The notes under the pieces are model-generated. The model did no database searches and was not told the DNA's origin. It worked only from the letters and a program-made list of their open reading frames with translations. Position numbers and translations under genes: made by a program. Below, piece after piece: positions 1-10,143 of a DNA stretch of 64,000 nucleotides. Source of the DNA: Thermoplasmatota archaeon (GTDB taxonomy: Archaea > Thermoplasmatota > E2 > JACPAO01 > JAHFTW01); assembly GCA_041601615.1 (NCBI GenBank), contig JBFIHX010000001.1, positions 32,001-96,000 on the forward strand, given 5' to 3'. Numbering within the stretch: position 1 is the first letter of the stretch; each line of letters opens with the position of its first letter.

Positions 1-1152
1 GCACGCGTCGCCGCCGGCATCGTCCAGTTTTTGGAACGTGACCTGCGCCACTCGGACGGCGGTTTTTTCTCCGCCGAGGACGCGGACGCAGAAGGGGAAG
101 AGGGCAAGTTTACGGTGTGGAGTTTCCAGGAAATCAAGAAGCTACTCGGGGAGGCGGCAGAACCGTTTGCGGCGGCGCACGGAGCCAGTCCCGAGGGCAA
201 TTTCCATGACGAATCTACGGGCGCGCCGCAGCCGGACAATGTTTTGTTTTTGCCCGATGGATTCCCGGCCGATGACCGGTGGCAAGCGGAGCGAGCGATT
301 CTGTTGGAGGCGCGTGAAAAACGGGTGCGGCCCCTGCTCGACGACAAGGTGCTGACGGATTGGAACGGCTTGCTCATCGGCGCCTTGGCGGACGCCTCGG
401 TGGCGCTTGGGGATGCTCATGCGCTGGAGCTTGCGGAGTCTGCGGCGGGTTTCGTATTGGATAAACTCGTGGTGGGAGGCGAGCTTCGGCACCGCTGGCA
501 CGAGGGCCGGGTGGATGACAGGGCGTTTGCGGACGATTATGCGTTTCTTGGCGATGGGTTGCTGCGTTTGTTCGAGGCGACCCAGGAGGCTCGGTGGCTC
601 GTGGCGGCGGTCCCGTTGGCCGAGGCGCTGCTGAACGATTTCCAGGACGCGGCGGGCGGATTCCATCTTGCAGCAGGCGGAGGCGAGCTACCAGTCTCTC
701 GCGTGGAGGCGTACGATGGTGCGATTCCGGCGGGCAATGCAGTGGCGGCAAGTTTCCTGTGGCGGTTGGGCCGAATGACGGGGCGCTCGGAGTTCGAGGA
801 GGCGGCCGAGCGCGTTGTTTCGCGGTTCTCGGCGCAATTGGCGCGCCACCCTGGGGCGTTCACGACGCTGTTGGATACGGTGCAGGCGATGCGGGGGGGC
901 GGCCGGGAGGTCGTTGTGACGGGCAAGGGCGCGGACGCGGTGGCAATGCTCCACATGGCGAGGGCCAACCGCGTGCCTGGGCAAGTGGTTCTTCATCGAA
1001 CAGAGGCCGTCGCGGCGGTTTGTCCGTGGATTAAGAACCATCCGGAGCCCGCGGCGGGTGGGGCGCTTGCGTATGTGTGCCAAGATCGAGCGTGCCAGGC
1101 GCCTGTGGATTCCGTGGACCGTTTGCATCGAGCTTTGCGTCAAAGCCCGTAA
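1..1152 (+). CDS. Thioredoxin-domain/six-hairpin glycosidase-like protein (YyaL/SPATA20 family), 5' truncated by window edge
   Basis: Motifs GGFFSAEDAD..GEEG, RPLLDDKVLTDWNGL, DDYAFL, DGAIPAGN, AYVC...C; frame is open to position 1. Confidence 0.9.
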   Translation, partial: ARVAAGIVQFLERDLRHSDGGFFSAEDADAEGEEGKFTVWSFQEIKKLLGEAAEPFAAAHGASPEGNFHDESTGAPQPDNVLFLPDGFPADDRWQAERAILLEAREKRVRPLLDDKVLTDWNGLLIGALADASVALGDAHALELAESAAGFVLDKLVVGGELRHRWHEGRVDDRAFADDYAFLGDGLLRLFEATQEARWLVAAVPLAEALLNDFQDAAGGFHLAAGGGELPVSRVEAYDGAIPAGNAVAASFLWRLGRMTGRSEFEEAAERVVSRFSAQLARHPGAFTTLLDTVQAMRGGGREVVVTGKGADAVAMLHMARANRVPGQVVLHRTEAVAAVCPWIKNHPEPAAGGALAYVCQDRACQAPVDSVDRLHRALRQSP

Positions 1153-1213
1153 TTCGGCGATCGCTTTCGCGCAGGCGTTTGTTCGACACCATGCAGGTTG
1201 GAGGTGCCTCGAT

Positions 1214-2479
1214 TCACCCATCATGGGACCAGTTGGCAGCGGCCCGCACAGCAGCAAGGTCCGTGGGCTGGGTCATCGCTTTTTCTGCGCAGGCCAATGC
1301 TTTGTGTGCGTGGCGTTTCGAGGCGTTCCGCAACTCTGGATGGCTCGTGGCGGCCAGGGATGCGAGGGCCTTGTGCAGACGCATTTCGACTTCGATGATT
1401 CCTGCGCCGTCCCGTTCGATGGCGGTGAATGCGTCGTCGAAAGCGTCCGCAACGGTGATGCGTGGTACTTCAATTCGGTCGTATTTTTGCTCCGATCCGC
1501 TTGTTTCTGGGAGAGGCGGGTTCCAGAGTACCATCAAGCGTACGATTGCGCCGAGAACCTCGATGGCTGTGCCGGGGTCGTTGATGCCCGGAGAGAGGGC
1601 GCGTCCGGCGATTTCTGAAAGCGCCACGAACCCAAAGCGTGGATCGTCGTCATAGATTCGTTCTCGCCCTATGGTGAAGCTCGCCACCACTTTGTCCTCT
1701 TCGAGCGGATTGGAGCCTGATTGGACGTAGACCAGGGGTCTTCCTGGCGCTACGAACGCACCTGGGAGGGCCGCGACGCGCAGTCGTGCGTTGCATTCTT
1801 CGGCCCATTGTTGCAGTGCGGCAACGTCTACACGCTTGACATACCCCACTTGGTCGCTAAAAATGGCGACTTCGCCCAATTGCACGGGTTTTGCCTCGGC
1901 TCCGAATAAGGTGGGTGCCTTGGCGCGTTTTTGCAGAGCGGCGGCCGTGGCTGTTTCCACTTTTTTGATGGTTTCGCTCACGCGCCCCAGCCGAGCAATT
2001 TTATCGACCCAACGCAAAAACATCAATATCACGATTGCAAATACTATTATTGTAAATGAATAGAGGATGGTGAGGCCGGTGTGGTGGTAATAGTCATTTT
2101 TTACGGCGGTGAGGCCTACTATGCTAAAGATGAATGCGCCAACGAATCCGGCAAGTGCATTCTGGGAACTATCGTCGGCGATTATCAGGGCAAACGATCG
2201 GGGGGTTGCGGAGTTGCTGGCGGATGCGTAGGCGGAAATCATGGAAGCGACCGCGAAGGTTGCAATGACGAGCATGCTGGCGGCCATGATGGATAGGAGC
2301 GATGCGACGGAGTCAGCGCTTACGTGCGGGATGTTTGAGAGAAAATTTGTAGGATCCAGTAGCTTCGCTACAAATACAGACCCCAGTGAAAGGATGCAAA
2401 TGGCTACGGGTCGTGCCCATAGGCGTTCACGCAAGCGGTTGAGGGCGAATGTGATGCGTTCTTGGAATTCGAAGGACAT
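1214..2479 (-). CDS. DUF2254 family membrane protein
   Basis: 421 aa; N-terminal TM segments, ATPR, and EIAGRALSPGINDPGTA motif typical of DUF2254. Confidence 0.85.
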   Translation of the reverse strand: MSFEFQERITFALNRLRERLWARPVAICILSLGSVFVAKLLDPTNFLSNIPHVSADSVASLLSIMAASMLVIATFAVASMISAYASASNSATPRSFALIIADDSSQNALAGFVGAFIFSIVGLTAVKNDYYHHTGLTILYSFTIIVFAIVILMFLRWVDKIARLGRVSETIKKVETATAAALQKRAKAPTLFGAEAKPVQLGEVAIFSDQVGYVKRVDVAALQQWAEECNARLRVAALPGAFVAPGRPLVYVQSGSNPLEEDKVVASFTIGRERIYDDDPRFGFVALSEIAGRALSPGINDPGTAIEVLGAIVRLMVLWNPPLPETSGSEQKYDRIEVPRITVADAFDDAFTAIERDGAGIIEVEMRLHKALASLAATSHPELRNASKRHAHKALACAEKAMTQPTDLAAVRAAANWSHDG

Positions 2480-2683
2480 TCGGGCCTCAGTGTGGGGCTG
2501 GAGGCCGTACGCTGATTGTCCCTCCTAAGATGTCGCGTGGTTATGGGGCGTGTTGGCCGTGGATTCTGCGCTGATTGCGGCGCAGCCGGGGTGGCACATT
2601 TCGTAGTGTCTTGCCGCCGACGAGGGTTGAGGCTCCGTTCTTGATGGGTGTGGAACTTGGGATGCAATGCGGGCGGAGTTTGG

Positions 2684-3058
2684 CTAGTTTTTGCCGGCCA
2701 GCGCTCGCACTCGGGCTTCGATTTCGTCGCGAACGCGTCGAAACTCGGCAAGCGGTTGTCCCACGGGGTCGTCGAGGCCCCAGTCTTCGTCGGTGTGGAG
2801 TGCGGGGCAGCTTTCGGCGACTCCGCAGCCCATGGTGATGGTTCGGTCCCAGGTGTCGAGGGTGTCCCAGTCGAGTAGTTTGGGCGTGTGGGTGCTGATG
2901 TCGATGCCGCGTTCGGCCATGACTGCGATGGCGTTGCGGCTGACGCTGGGGGCTGGTTTGGTGCCGGCACTGGCGGTTTCGAGGCCAAGGTGGCGTGCAA
3001 ATCCCTCTGCCATTTGGCTGCGGCAGGAGTTTCCCACACAGACAAACAGGACCTTCAC
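2684..3058 (-). CDS. arsC: Arsenate reductase (LMW-PTP family)
   Basis: GTG start; VLFVCVGNSCRSQMAEG P-loop, TMGCG..CP, DWGLDDP; overlaps aquaporin stop codon. Confidence 0.9.
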   Translation of the reverse strand: MKVLFVCVGNSCRSQMAEGFARHLGLETASAGTKPAPSVSRNAIAVMAERGIDISTHTPKLLDWDTLDTWDRTITMGCGVAESCPALHTDEDWGLDDPVGQPLAEFRRVRDEIEARVRALAGKN

Positions 3059-3741
3059 GCAGTCGCCTCCTTGGCGCGGCGCTCGGGTTTGCTTGCGCGA
3101 CGAATCTGTTCGTAGAGGTAGGCGCCTGCGAGTGCTCCGAGCACGGGGGCGAGCAGGTAGCCCCAAAGGTGCGCAAGGTCGCCGGACACGAGTGCGGGGC
3201 CGAGGCTGCGGGCGGGGTTCATGCTTGCGCCGGTGAGGGGGCCGCCCCAGAGGGCGTCGAGTGCGACGGTGGCGCCGATGGCGCTGCCGGCCATGGTGCC
3301 GACGGCGCGTCCGTCGGTGGCAACACTTGCGATGACGAACATCAGTGTGGCAGTCAGCAGAAATTCGATGAGGAGCCAGCCGGGGGATTCTACGAGGCTG
3401 CTGGGGTGGGTGCTTCCGAGTTCGGCGACGTTGCCGAGGCTCCAGCGAAGTACGGCGGCGGCAAGTAGGGCGCCTGCGATTTGGGCTGTGATGTAGCTGG
3501 GGGCGCGTCGCCAGGGAAAGTGGCCGGTGGCGGCGAAGGCGATGGTGACGGCGGGGTTGAAGTGGGCGCCGCTGAGGTGTCCGGTGGCGTAGATCATGGC
3601 GCCGACGATGAGGCCGAAGACGGCGGCGATGCCGACGGTTCCGAGGGCTTGGGTTTGGGCGTCGACTATGATGGCGCCGCAGCCGGCAAGCACGAGGGCG
3701 AAGGTGCCGGTGGCTTCTGCGAGTTCTGCGCCGAGTTTCAT
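3055..3741 (-). CDS. MIP/aquaglyceroporin, probable arsenite channel
   Basis: SGAHFNPAVT and GASMNPARS (two NPA boxes); lies between arsR and arsC. Confidence 0.92.
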   Translation of the reverse strand: MKLGAELAEATGTFALVLAGCGAIIVDAQTQALGTVGIAAVFGLIVGAMIYATGHLSGAHFNPAVTIAFAATGHFPWRRAPSYITAQIAGALLAAAVLRWSLGNVAELGSTHPSSLVESPGWLLIEFLLTATLMFVIASVATDGRAVGTMAGSAIGATVALDALWGGPLTGASMNPARSLGPALVSGDLAHLWGYLLAPVLGALAGAYLYEQIRRASKPERRAKEATA

Positions 3742-4046
3742 GCACAAGCCTCGCATTGGGGCAGGTGTTGGGCGGCGCCTTGGATGGCGGTCAGGACCGT
3801 GGCGACGGACTCGTGGGCGAGTCGGTAGCGGTTTTGTTTGCCGTCGCGTTCGAACACCACGAGGCCGCAGTCGCGCAGTTGCCGTAGGTGGTGGCTGATG
3901 TTGCTTTGGGAGTGTCCGGTCGCTTCTACGAGTTCGGAAACGGAGCATTGGCCCGCGTGCAAGTGTTGCAGGAGGGTGTGTCGTGTTGGTTCAGCCAAGC
4001 ACGCGACAAACAAGTCCTGATTCATATGATTGGCTATTTGTTTCAT
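3738..4046 (-). CDS. arsR: ArsR/SmtB family transcriptional regulator
   Basis: LAEPTR..LL...SVSELV...SQSNISHHLRQLRDCGLV HTH; C-terminal CEAC; heads the ars operon. Confidence 0.88.
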   Translation of the reverse strand: MKQIANHMNQDLFVACLAEPTRHTLLQHLHAGQCSVSELVEATGHSQSNISHHLRQLRDCGLVVFERDGKQNRYRLAHESVATVLTAIQGAAQHLPQCEACA

Positions 4047-4108
4047 GATTTGAGGTTGCTGGCGGCTCGGGGGCGCAAACGCTAAGGCGCGGACATCAAA
4101 CTAACAGC

Positions 4109-4957
4109 ATGGCGCGGCACGTCCTGGTCATCGAGGGCGGGGGCATGAAGGCGGCCTACGCAAACGGTGTACTGAGTGCCTTCGAGGAGACTGGTTATGC
4201 GCCTTGGCATGCCGTGGTGGGCACCAGCGCGGGCGGCGCACTTGCTGCTTGGTATAGTGCTGGGCAGGCGGCGTATGCCGAGGGAACTTGGGCGTATGCT
4301 CGTGATGCGCGCATTCTGAGTTATCGACGCGCTGCCATGGGTCGGGGGCCGTTGTTGGATCACGAAGCACTCTTGGACATCGTGTACACGCAAGAGATGC
4401 CGTTGAATCTTGCTCGATTGCGTCGCGCTAAGTGGCCCGTCATTGTCACTGCGGCGGAAGTGGAAACGGGCGCCATTCGGTATGTGGATGTGCGCAACGA
4501 CGATGCCATTGCGTGGCTCAAAGCGACGGGGCGCCTACCGTTTGCCGCTGGTCCGCCCGTGCGCATTGATGGCCGGGACCACATTGATGGCGGAACAATT
4601 GATCCGATTCCCGTGCGGTATGCAGTGGAGGAATTGGGTGCCACACAAGTGACACTTTTGTTGAACAAACAGGCTGGCAAGAAGCGCCCTGATCCGCGTC
4701 TCGTCGTGGGCTTGGCTGGCCGTAGGTATCCGGCGCTGCGCGACGGGATTGTGCGCCACAGCGAAATCAAGAGCGAGGCCATGGAGTATGCACAAGCGCC
4801 GCCCAAAGGTGTCCGGGTCAACATCATTCGTCCAAGTTTGCCCACGAAACTGCATCGATTGAGCCGGGATTTGGCGGCGATCAACGACGCGATTCGACTG
4901 GGCCGCAACGATGGGGCTCAGTTTGTGCAGAATGCTGCTCAGGATAGGCGAAACTGA
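4109..4957 (+). CDS. Patatin-like phospholipase
   Basis: EGGGMK glycine loop, GTSAG nucleophile elbow, DGG motif. Confidence 0.9.
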   Translation: MARHVLVIEGGGMKAAYANGVLSAFEETGYAPWHAVVGTSAGGALAAWYSAGQAAYAEGTWAYARDARILSYRRAAMGRGPLLDHEALLDIVYTQEMPLNLARLRRAKWPVIVTAAEVETGAIRYVDVRNDDAIAWLKATGRLPFAAGPPVRIDGRDHIDGGTIDPIPVRYAVEELGATQVTLLLNKQAGKKRPDPRLVVGLAGRRYPALRDGIVRHSEIKSEAMEYAQAPPKGVRVNIIRPSLPTKLHRLSRDLAAINDAIRLGRNDGAQFVQNAAQDRRN

Positions 4958-5910
4958 GCCACGTCCTGCGGCTGGCCTGAGAGCACAGCCAGCGCGATGT
5001 CCCGCGTGCATTCGTACCGCCGTTGCAGGGTTGCTTCGTTGTGTGCGCCCAGATGCGGTGTAAGAAGTGCCTGGGGTAGGTCCTGAAATCGATGCAAGTC
5101 TGGGCACTGGGGTTCGCGGGGGAGCACGTCGGCGGCGTACCCGGCGAGCCGTCCGCTGCGCAAGGCGTCCTCCACGGCGGCTTGATCCACGATATCTCCT
5201 CGGGCGGTGTTCACGAGCAACGCACCGGCCGGCAGGAGCGCGAGACGATTTGCGTCCATGAGGTATCGCGTGGAGTCCAAGAGGGGAATGTGCAGGGTCA
5301 ACACGTCGCTGCGAGCCAGGAGTTCCGGCAGTTCGACGTATTCGACCGAGAGCGCAGCGTCGGGGGCAATGTCGTGGGCGAGTACCTGTGCTCCCATGGC
5401 CTGAAGCATCCGAACCACGGCGCTCCCGATGCGCCCGGTGCCCAGAACGCCGATGGTCACGTCTTCCAAATCGCGGCCCACGAAGGGTGCGCGGGTCCAT
5501 GAGTCCGTGTGCAGCCTTTGGTTGGCTTCTGGAATTCGGCGAAGGAGGCTCAAAACAAACGCAATGGCCAATCTGGCTACGGAATTCGTGGCATAGCCTT
5601 CGAGGTGGTACGCTTGGATTTCGTGCGCGCGAAGCGCCTCCAGGGGCAGGTGGTCGAAGCCGTCGCTGCGCGTAATGACTGCTTCCAGATTCGGCGCCTC
5701 TGCCAGATTGGACACATCGATGTGGTCATGGATGGTCACTGCCCAAACGCGAGCATCCGGCGGCGGGTTGGCTCCCGGAATCCCTTCCGTTGTGGCCGTG
5801 GCGCCCGGGAGCAGCCGTGCCACGAGCTTGGCGTCGTGCTTCGGCACCGAACAAAGCCACAATCCGCGCCCATCCATGCAAAGGCCAAAGGACGGGTCAT
5901 GATAGTCCAA
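4939..5910 (-). CDS. D-isomer-specific 2-hydroxyacid dehydrogenase (start uncertain, alternative 5877)
   Basis: RSDGFDH, GVLGTGRIG, LTLHIPL, VNTARG, ADVLPREP, TPHLG motifs. Confidence 0.85.
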   Translation of the reverse strand: MDYHDPSFGLCMDGRGLWLCSVPKHDAKLVARLLPGATATTEGIPGANPPPDARVWAVTIHDHIDVSNLAEAPNLEAVITRSDGFDHLPLEALRAHEIQAYHLEGYATNSVARLAIAFVLSLLRRIPEANQRLHTDSWTRAPFVGRDLEDVTIGVLGTGRIGSAVVRMLQAMGAQVLAHDIAPDAALSVEYVELPELLARSDVLTLHIPLLDSTRYLMDANRLALLPAGALLVNTARGDIVDQAAVEDALRSGRLAGYAADVLPREPQCPDLHRFQDLPQALLTPHLGAHNEATLQRRYECTRDIALAVLSGQPQDVAQFRLS

Positions 5911-5921
5911 CCCTTCCGCCC

Positions 5922-5939
5922 ATGTCCAAAATCAGACAT
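5922..5939. promoter_or_regulatory. Candidate arginine-regulon operator, copy 1 (ATGTCCAAAATCAGACAT)
   Basis: Imperfect palindrome upstream of argC; near-identical copy at 10823-10840 upstream of argG. Confidence 0.55.
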
Positions 5940-6006
5940 AAATGACCGACCTTGGCGACTCAGTGGCACAGGAGTTATGATGGATGCGGCGACGTAGGGG
6001 AGACAG

Positions 6007-6984
6007 ATGGCCAAGGCCAGCATCATCGGCGCCCGTGGATACCTCGGGCGAGAACTCATCCGCATCCTCCTCGACCACCCCAACGTGGACACCATCGTCC
6101 CAGCCAGCCGCAGCAACGCCGGCACCTTGGTAGGCGACGAAATTCCCAGCCTCGGGCACGTCCGGACCCTGAAATTCGTAGACCACGACCATCAAGACGT
6201 ACTCGACAGCGACATCGTGTTCCTCGCCACCCCTGCCGGGGAAGCCGCAGCGTTCGCCGCCCGCCACAGAGAGGCCGGCGCCACCGTGGTCGACCTTAGC
6301 CGCGACCACCGCCTCCAAGCCCTGCGCGGCGAAGCGCCCTGGACCTACGGCTGGGCCGACATCGCCCCCGTGGCCAAAGGCGCCACACACATCGCCAACC
6401 CCGGTTGCTACCCCACCGCCTCCATGCTCGCCCTCGCACCCGCCCTCAAAGCTGGCCTCGTCGGCCCCGGCGCCATCATCGTCGACGGCAAAAGCGGCGT
6501 CAGCGGCGCCGGCGTCAACCCCCAACCACACCTCCACTACCCCGAGATGAACGAATCCGTGACCGCCTACAAAGTCCTAGGACACGACCACACACACGAA
6601 ATCCGCGCCGCATCCACCAAGATCGCCGGAACCGACCGCCCCGTGCGCTTCACGCCCCACCTCGTGCCTCAAACACGGGGCCTGCTTGCCACAGTCTACG
6701 CGCCCGCCACCTCCGGCACCACGGCCGAGCGCCTGAAGGAAACCTACGCCTCTGCCTACGCCGACAGCGCCTTCGTGCGCATGGCCGGAGAAGCCAACAC
6801 GGGCCACGTTCGCGGCAGCAACCACGCCGTCGTCGCCGTAGACCACGATCCCGAAACCGGCCTCATCATTGCCCGTGGCGCCATTGACAACCTCCTCAAA
6901 GGCGGAAGCGGAATCGCCGTCCAAAACATGAACAGTGCCAAGGGCTGGAAATCCAATCTAGGACTCGGAGGTGGTGCCGCATGA
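6007..6984 (+). CDS. argC: N-acetyl-gamma-glutamyl-phosphate reductase
   Basis: IIGARGYLG, VFLATP, IANPGCYPT, SGVSGAG, FTPHLVP, IDNLLKG motifs. Confidence 0.95.
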   Translation: MAKASIIGARGYLGRELIRILLDHPNVDTIVPASRSNAGTLVGDEIPSLGHVRTLKFVDHDHQDVLDSDIVFLATPAGEAAAFAARHREAGATVVDLSRDHRLQALRGEAPWTYGWADIAPVAKGATHIANPGCYPTASMLALAPALKAGLVGPGAIIVDGKSGVSGAGVNPQPHLHYPEMNESVTAYKVLGHDHTHEIRAASTKIAGTDRPVRFTPHLVPQTRGLLATVYAPATSGTTAERLKETYASAYADSAFVRMAGEANTGHVRGSNHAVVAVDHDPETGLIIARGAIDNLLKGGSGIAVQNMNSAKGWKSNLGLGGGAA

Positions 6985-8207
6985 GCCCCCACCTCGCAGC
7001 CTCCCACGGCCTCCTTGCCGTCCCCGGCATCCGCGCCATGGGTGTCCGCGCCGGCCTCAAAAAGGACCGCCCCGACGTGGCCGTCATCGCAAGCTCCGGA
7101 CTCAACACCACCGCCGCTGCCGTCTTCACCCAGAACGCTTTCGCCGCCGCGCCCGTGCACGTCAGCCGCCAACACGTGGCCGACGGCGACATCCGCGCCA
7201 TTGTTGTGAACTCCGGCAACGCCAATGCCTGCACCGGCCGACAAGGCCTACGAGACGCATTGCGCATGGCCAAAGTCACCGCCGACGAACTCGGCATCAA
7301 ACCAGAACAAGTTCTCGTCTGCAGCACCGGCCGCATCGGCATCCCCCTGCCCATCCACAAGGTCGAAGTCGGCATCCTCGACTGCATCGCACGCCTCGAC
7401 GACGCCGTCGGCAGTGAAGTCGCCAACGCCATCCTCACCACCGACAACGGCCCCAAGGAAGCCAGCCGAAAATTCATGGTCGGCGACCTCGAATACACCC
7501 TGGCAGGCATCTGCAAAGGCGCTGGGATGATCCACCCCAACATGGCAACGATGCTCGCCTTCCTCGTCACAGACGCCACGATACCCGCCCCCGCCCTCCG
7601 CCAGGCGCTTGCCCACGCAGCCGACCGCAGCTTCAACCAAATCAGCGTCGACGGGGACGAAAGCACCAACGACACCGCCGCGTTCCTCGCCACCGGCGTC
7701 CACAAAGGCCCCGAACTCAACCCCAAACACCCCGACTGGCAAGGATTCCTAGACACAGTCACCGGCCTCTGCCAAGACCTCGCAAAGCAAATCGCCGCCG
7801 ACGGAGAAGGAGCCACCAAACTCATCCACATCACCGTCGAAGGCGCACCCTCGGACCGCGAAGCACGCATCGTCGCCCGCGCCATCGGCAGCAGCAGCCT
7901 CGTCAAATCCGCCATCCACGGCAGCGACCCCAACTGGGGCCGCATCGTCAGCGCCATGGGCCAAAGCCGTGTGCCCCTGACGCCCGCAAACGTCGACGTA
8001 GCGCTTGGCGACCTTGTCCACTCCGTCCCCGTGCTCGAATCCGGCGAACCCGTACCCGACGGAGCCCTCGAAGCCGCCCGCGCCCGCATGCAAGGAAGCG
8101 ACGTAGCCATCCGCGTCCACATGCACGGCGGCACCGGCACCGGACAAGCCTGGGGCTGCGACCTCACCGAAGACTACGTCGTCTTCAACTCCGCCTACAC
8201 GACGTGA
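6981..8207 (+). CDS. argJ: Bifunctional ornithine acetyltransferase/N-acetylglutamate synthase
   Basis: NSGNANACTG, STGRIG, KGAGMIHPNMATML, DGDESTND, DGEGATK, DPNWGR, WGCDLT. Confidence 0.97.
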   Translation: MSPHLAASHGLLAVPGIRAMGVRAGLKKDRPDVAVIASSGLNTTAAAVFTQNAFAAAPVHVSRQHVADGDIRAIVVNSGNANACTGRQGLRDALRMAKVTADELGIKPEQVLVCSTGRIGIPLPIHKVEVGILDCIARLDDAVGSEVANAILTTDNGPKEASRKFMVGDLEYTLAGICKGAGMIHPNMATMLAFLVTDATIPAPALRQALAHAADRSFNQISVDGDESTNDTAAFLATGVHKGPELNPKHPDWQGFLDTVTGLCQDLAKQIAADGEGATKLIHITVEGAPSDREARIVARAIGSSSLVKSAIHGSDPNWGRIVSAMGQSRVPLTPANVDVALGDLVHSVPVLESGEPVPDGALEAARARMQGSDVAIRVHMHGGTGTGQAWGCDLTEDYVVFNSAYTT

Positions 8208-8968
8208 AACCCATGACAACCCTACTCAAACTCGGAGGAGCTGTCTGCACAGCTCCCGCAACCCTCGACGAACTCGCAGACGCCTGGATCAAACGCGCCA
8301 GACCCACCACCACATGGATCGTAGTGCACGGAGGCGGACCCCAACTCGACGCAGCACTCATCGCCGTCGACGGCCCGCCCGTCAAGGTTGACGGCTTGCG
8401 CATCACGTCCGAAAAGGCCGCCGGCATCGTCCAGCAGGTGCTCGACAACATCGGGCGCGAAATGACCACGGGACTGGCCGCGCGCGGCGTACCCGTACAG
8501 CACATCGCCAGCACTCAAAAGCGCCTGCACGCCGTCATCAAAGACAGCCGCATTCCCCTCGGCCGCGTCGGATCCGCCACGCACTTTGACACCAAGGACT
8601 TGCCCAACGGCATCCTCGTCGTCAGCCCCGTGGGTTTCGACGCCATGGGCCCCCTCAACGTCAACGCAGATGAAGCCGCCCTCGCCGTGGCCCGCTCGCT
8701 CGGCGTTGACCGGCTGGTATTGGCCACTGACGTGCCGCATGTGCGCGACGCAGAAGGCAAACCAGTCGCAACCACAGACGTAGCCGGCGTGCATAAATTG
8801 CTTTCCAGCGGAGCAGCCAACGGAGGCATGGTGCCCAAACTCCACAACGCGCTCCAAGCCGTCGAATCAGGCGTCTACGAAGCGATTATCGGAACGCTCG
8901 CCGCTGCATGGGATGGGTCCGGAACCCACATTTTCGCCGCCACCCCCACCCCCAAGGTGCACGCATGA
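8204..8968 (+). CDS. argB: Acetylglutamate kinase
   Basis: KLGG, VHGGGP, DGLRIT, NVNAD, TDV, GGMVPKL. Confidence 0.92.
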   Translation: MKPMTTLLKLGGAVCTAPATLDELADAWIKRARPTTTWIVVHGGGPQLDAALIAVDGPPVKVDGLRITSEKAAGIVQQVLDNIGREMTTGLAARGVPVQHIASTQKRLHAVIKDSRIPLGRVGSATHFDTKDLPNGILVVSPVGFDAMGPLNVNADEAALAVARSLGVDRLVLATDVPHVRDAEGKPVATTDVAGVHKLLSSGAANGGMVPKLHNALQAVESGVYEAIIGTLAAAWDGSGTHIFAATPTPKVHA

Positions 8969-10143
8969 GCCTTGGCTGGAACGACGTCATGGCCCCCAAC
9001 TACGGCACACCCGCCATTACGCTTGCACGCGGCCAAGGCGCTATTGTCTGGGACGACAACGGCCGCAGCTACACCGACCTTCTCGCAGGCATCGCCGTCA
9101 ACATCCTAGGCCACGCCCATCCCGCCATCGTCGATGCTGTCCAAAACCAAATCGCAACACTCGGCCACATCAGCAACCTCTACGCTTCCGGGCCTGCCGT
9201 GACCCTTGCGGGTCGGCTCCAAGCCCTCTCGGGGGGCCACAAATCCATCCTTGTCAACTCCGGCACGGAAGCCAATGAAGCCGCCCTCAAAGCGATCCGC
9301 CGCCGCGCCCACGACCAAGGACGCACCAACGGCGTCGTCTTGGCGTTCCACAACAGCTTCCACGGCCGCACCCTCGGAGCCTTGGCACTGACAGGGCAAC
9401 CGAAGTACCAACTGGGCTTCGGACCGCTCCCAGGCAACGTCCTCCACGTCCCCTTCAACGACCCCGGCGCCCTCGAAGCAGCATTCGAAGCCCACGATGT
9501 CATCGGCGTCTTCATGGAATCCGTGCAAGGAGAAGGCGGCGTCGTGCCCATGACGCAAGCCACCGCAGACACCCTCGGTCGCCTCTGCGCCCAACACGAC
9601 GCCATGCTCGCCGTGGACGAAGTACAAACCGGCGTCGGACGCACGGGCCGATTCTTTGCCTTCGAACACTTGGGCCTCAAACCCGACATCATCACCCTCG
9701 CCAAAGGACTCGGCGGAGGAATGCCCCTCGGCGCCTGCCTGTTGTCGCCTACACTAGCCACCACTCTTGGTCCCGGCACCCACGGCACCACATTCGGCGG
9801 CAACCCCGTCGCAGCCGCCGCAGCCCTCTCAGTGCTCGACGTGGTCCAATCCGAAGAGCTCGTGCGCCAATCGGCACGCCTAGGCGGCCTCTGGGGCGAC
9901 GCACTGGACGACGCGGGCCTCGCCCACCGTGGACTCGGGCTCTTGCAAGGTGTTCCCGGGCTCGACGCGGCAAAGGTGCGCTCTGCCATGGCTGACGCCG
10001 GTTTCCTCGTAGGAATGGCCGGGCCGAACGTAGTGCGCGTAACGCCGCCACTCATCATCTCGGAAGAATCGCTGCTTTCCGCCGTGGCTCCCCTGGCAGC
10101 CGCCGCCTCGGCCGGCTCGCTCGTTTCCGCTACGGCCGGATGA
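8965..10143 (+). CDS. argD: Acetylornithine aminotransferase
   Basis: NSGTEANEAA, FHGRT, ESVQGEGG, DEVQTGVGRTG, LAKGLGGG, HGTTFGGNP. Confidence 0.93.
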   Translation: MSLGWNDVMAPNYGTPAITLARGQGAIVWDDNGRSYTDLLAGIAVNILGHAHPAIVDAVQNQIATLGHISNLYASGPAVTLAGRLQALSGGHKSILVNSGTEANEAALKAIRRRAHDQGRTNGVVLAFHNSFHGRTLGALALTGQPKYQLGFGPLPGNVLHVPFNDPGALEAAFEAHDVIGVFMESVQGEGGVVPMTQATADTLGRLCAQHDAMLAVDEVQTGVGRTGRFFAFEHLGLKPDIITLAKGLGGGMPLGACLLSPTLATTLGPGTHGTTFGGNPVAAAAALSVLDVVQSEELVRQSARLGGLWGDALDDAGLAHRGLGLLQGVPGLDAAKVRSAMADAGFLVGMAGPNVVRVTPPLIISEESLLSAVAPLAAAASAGSLVSATAG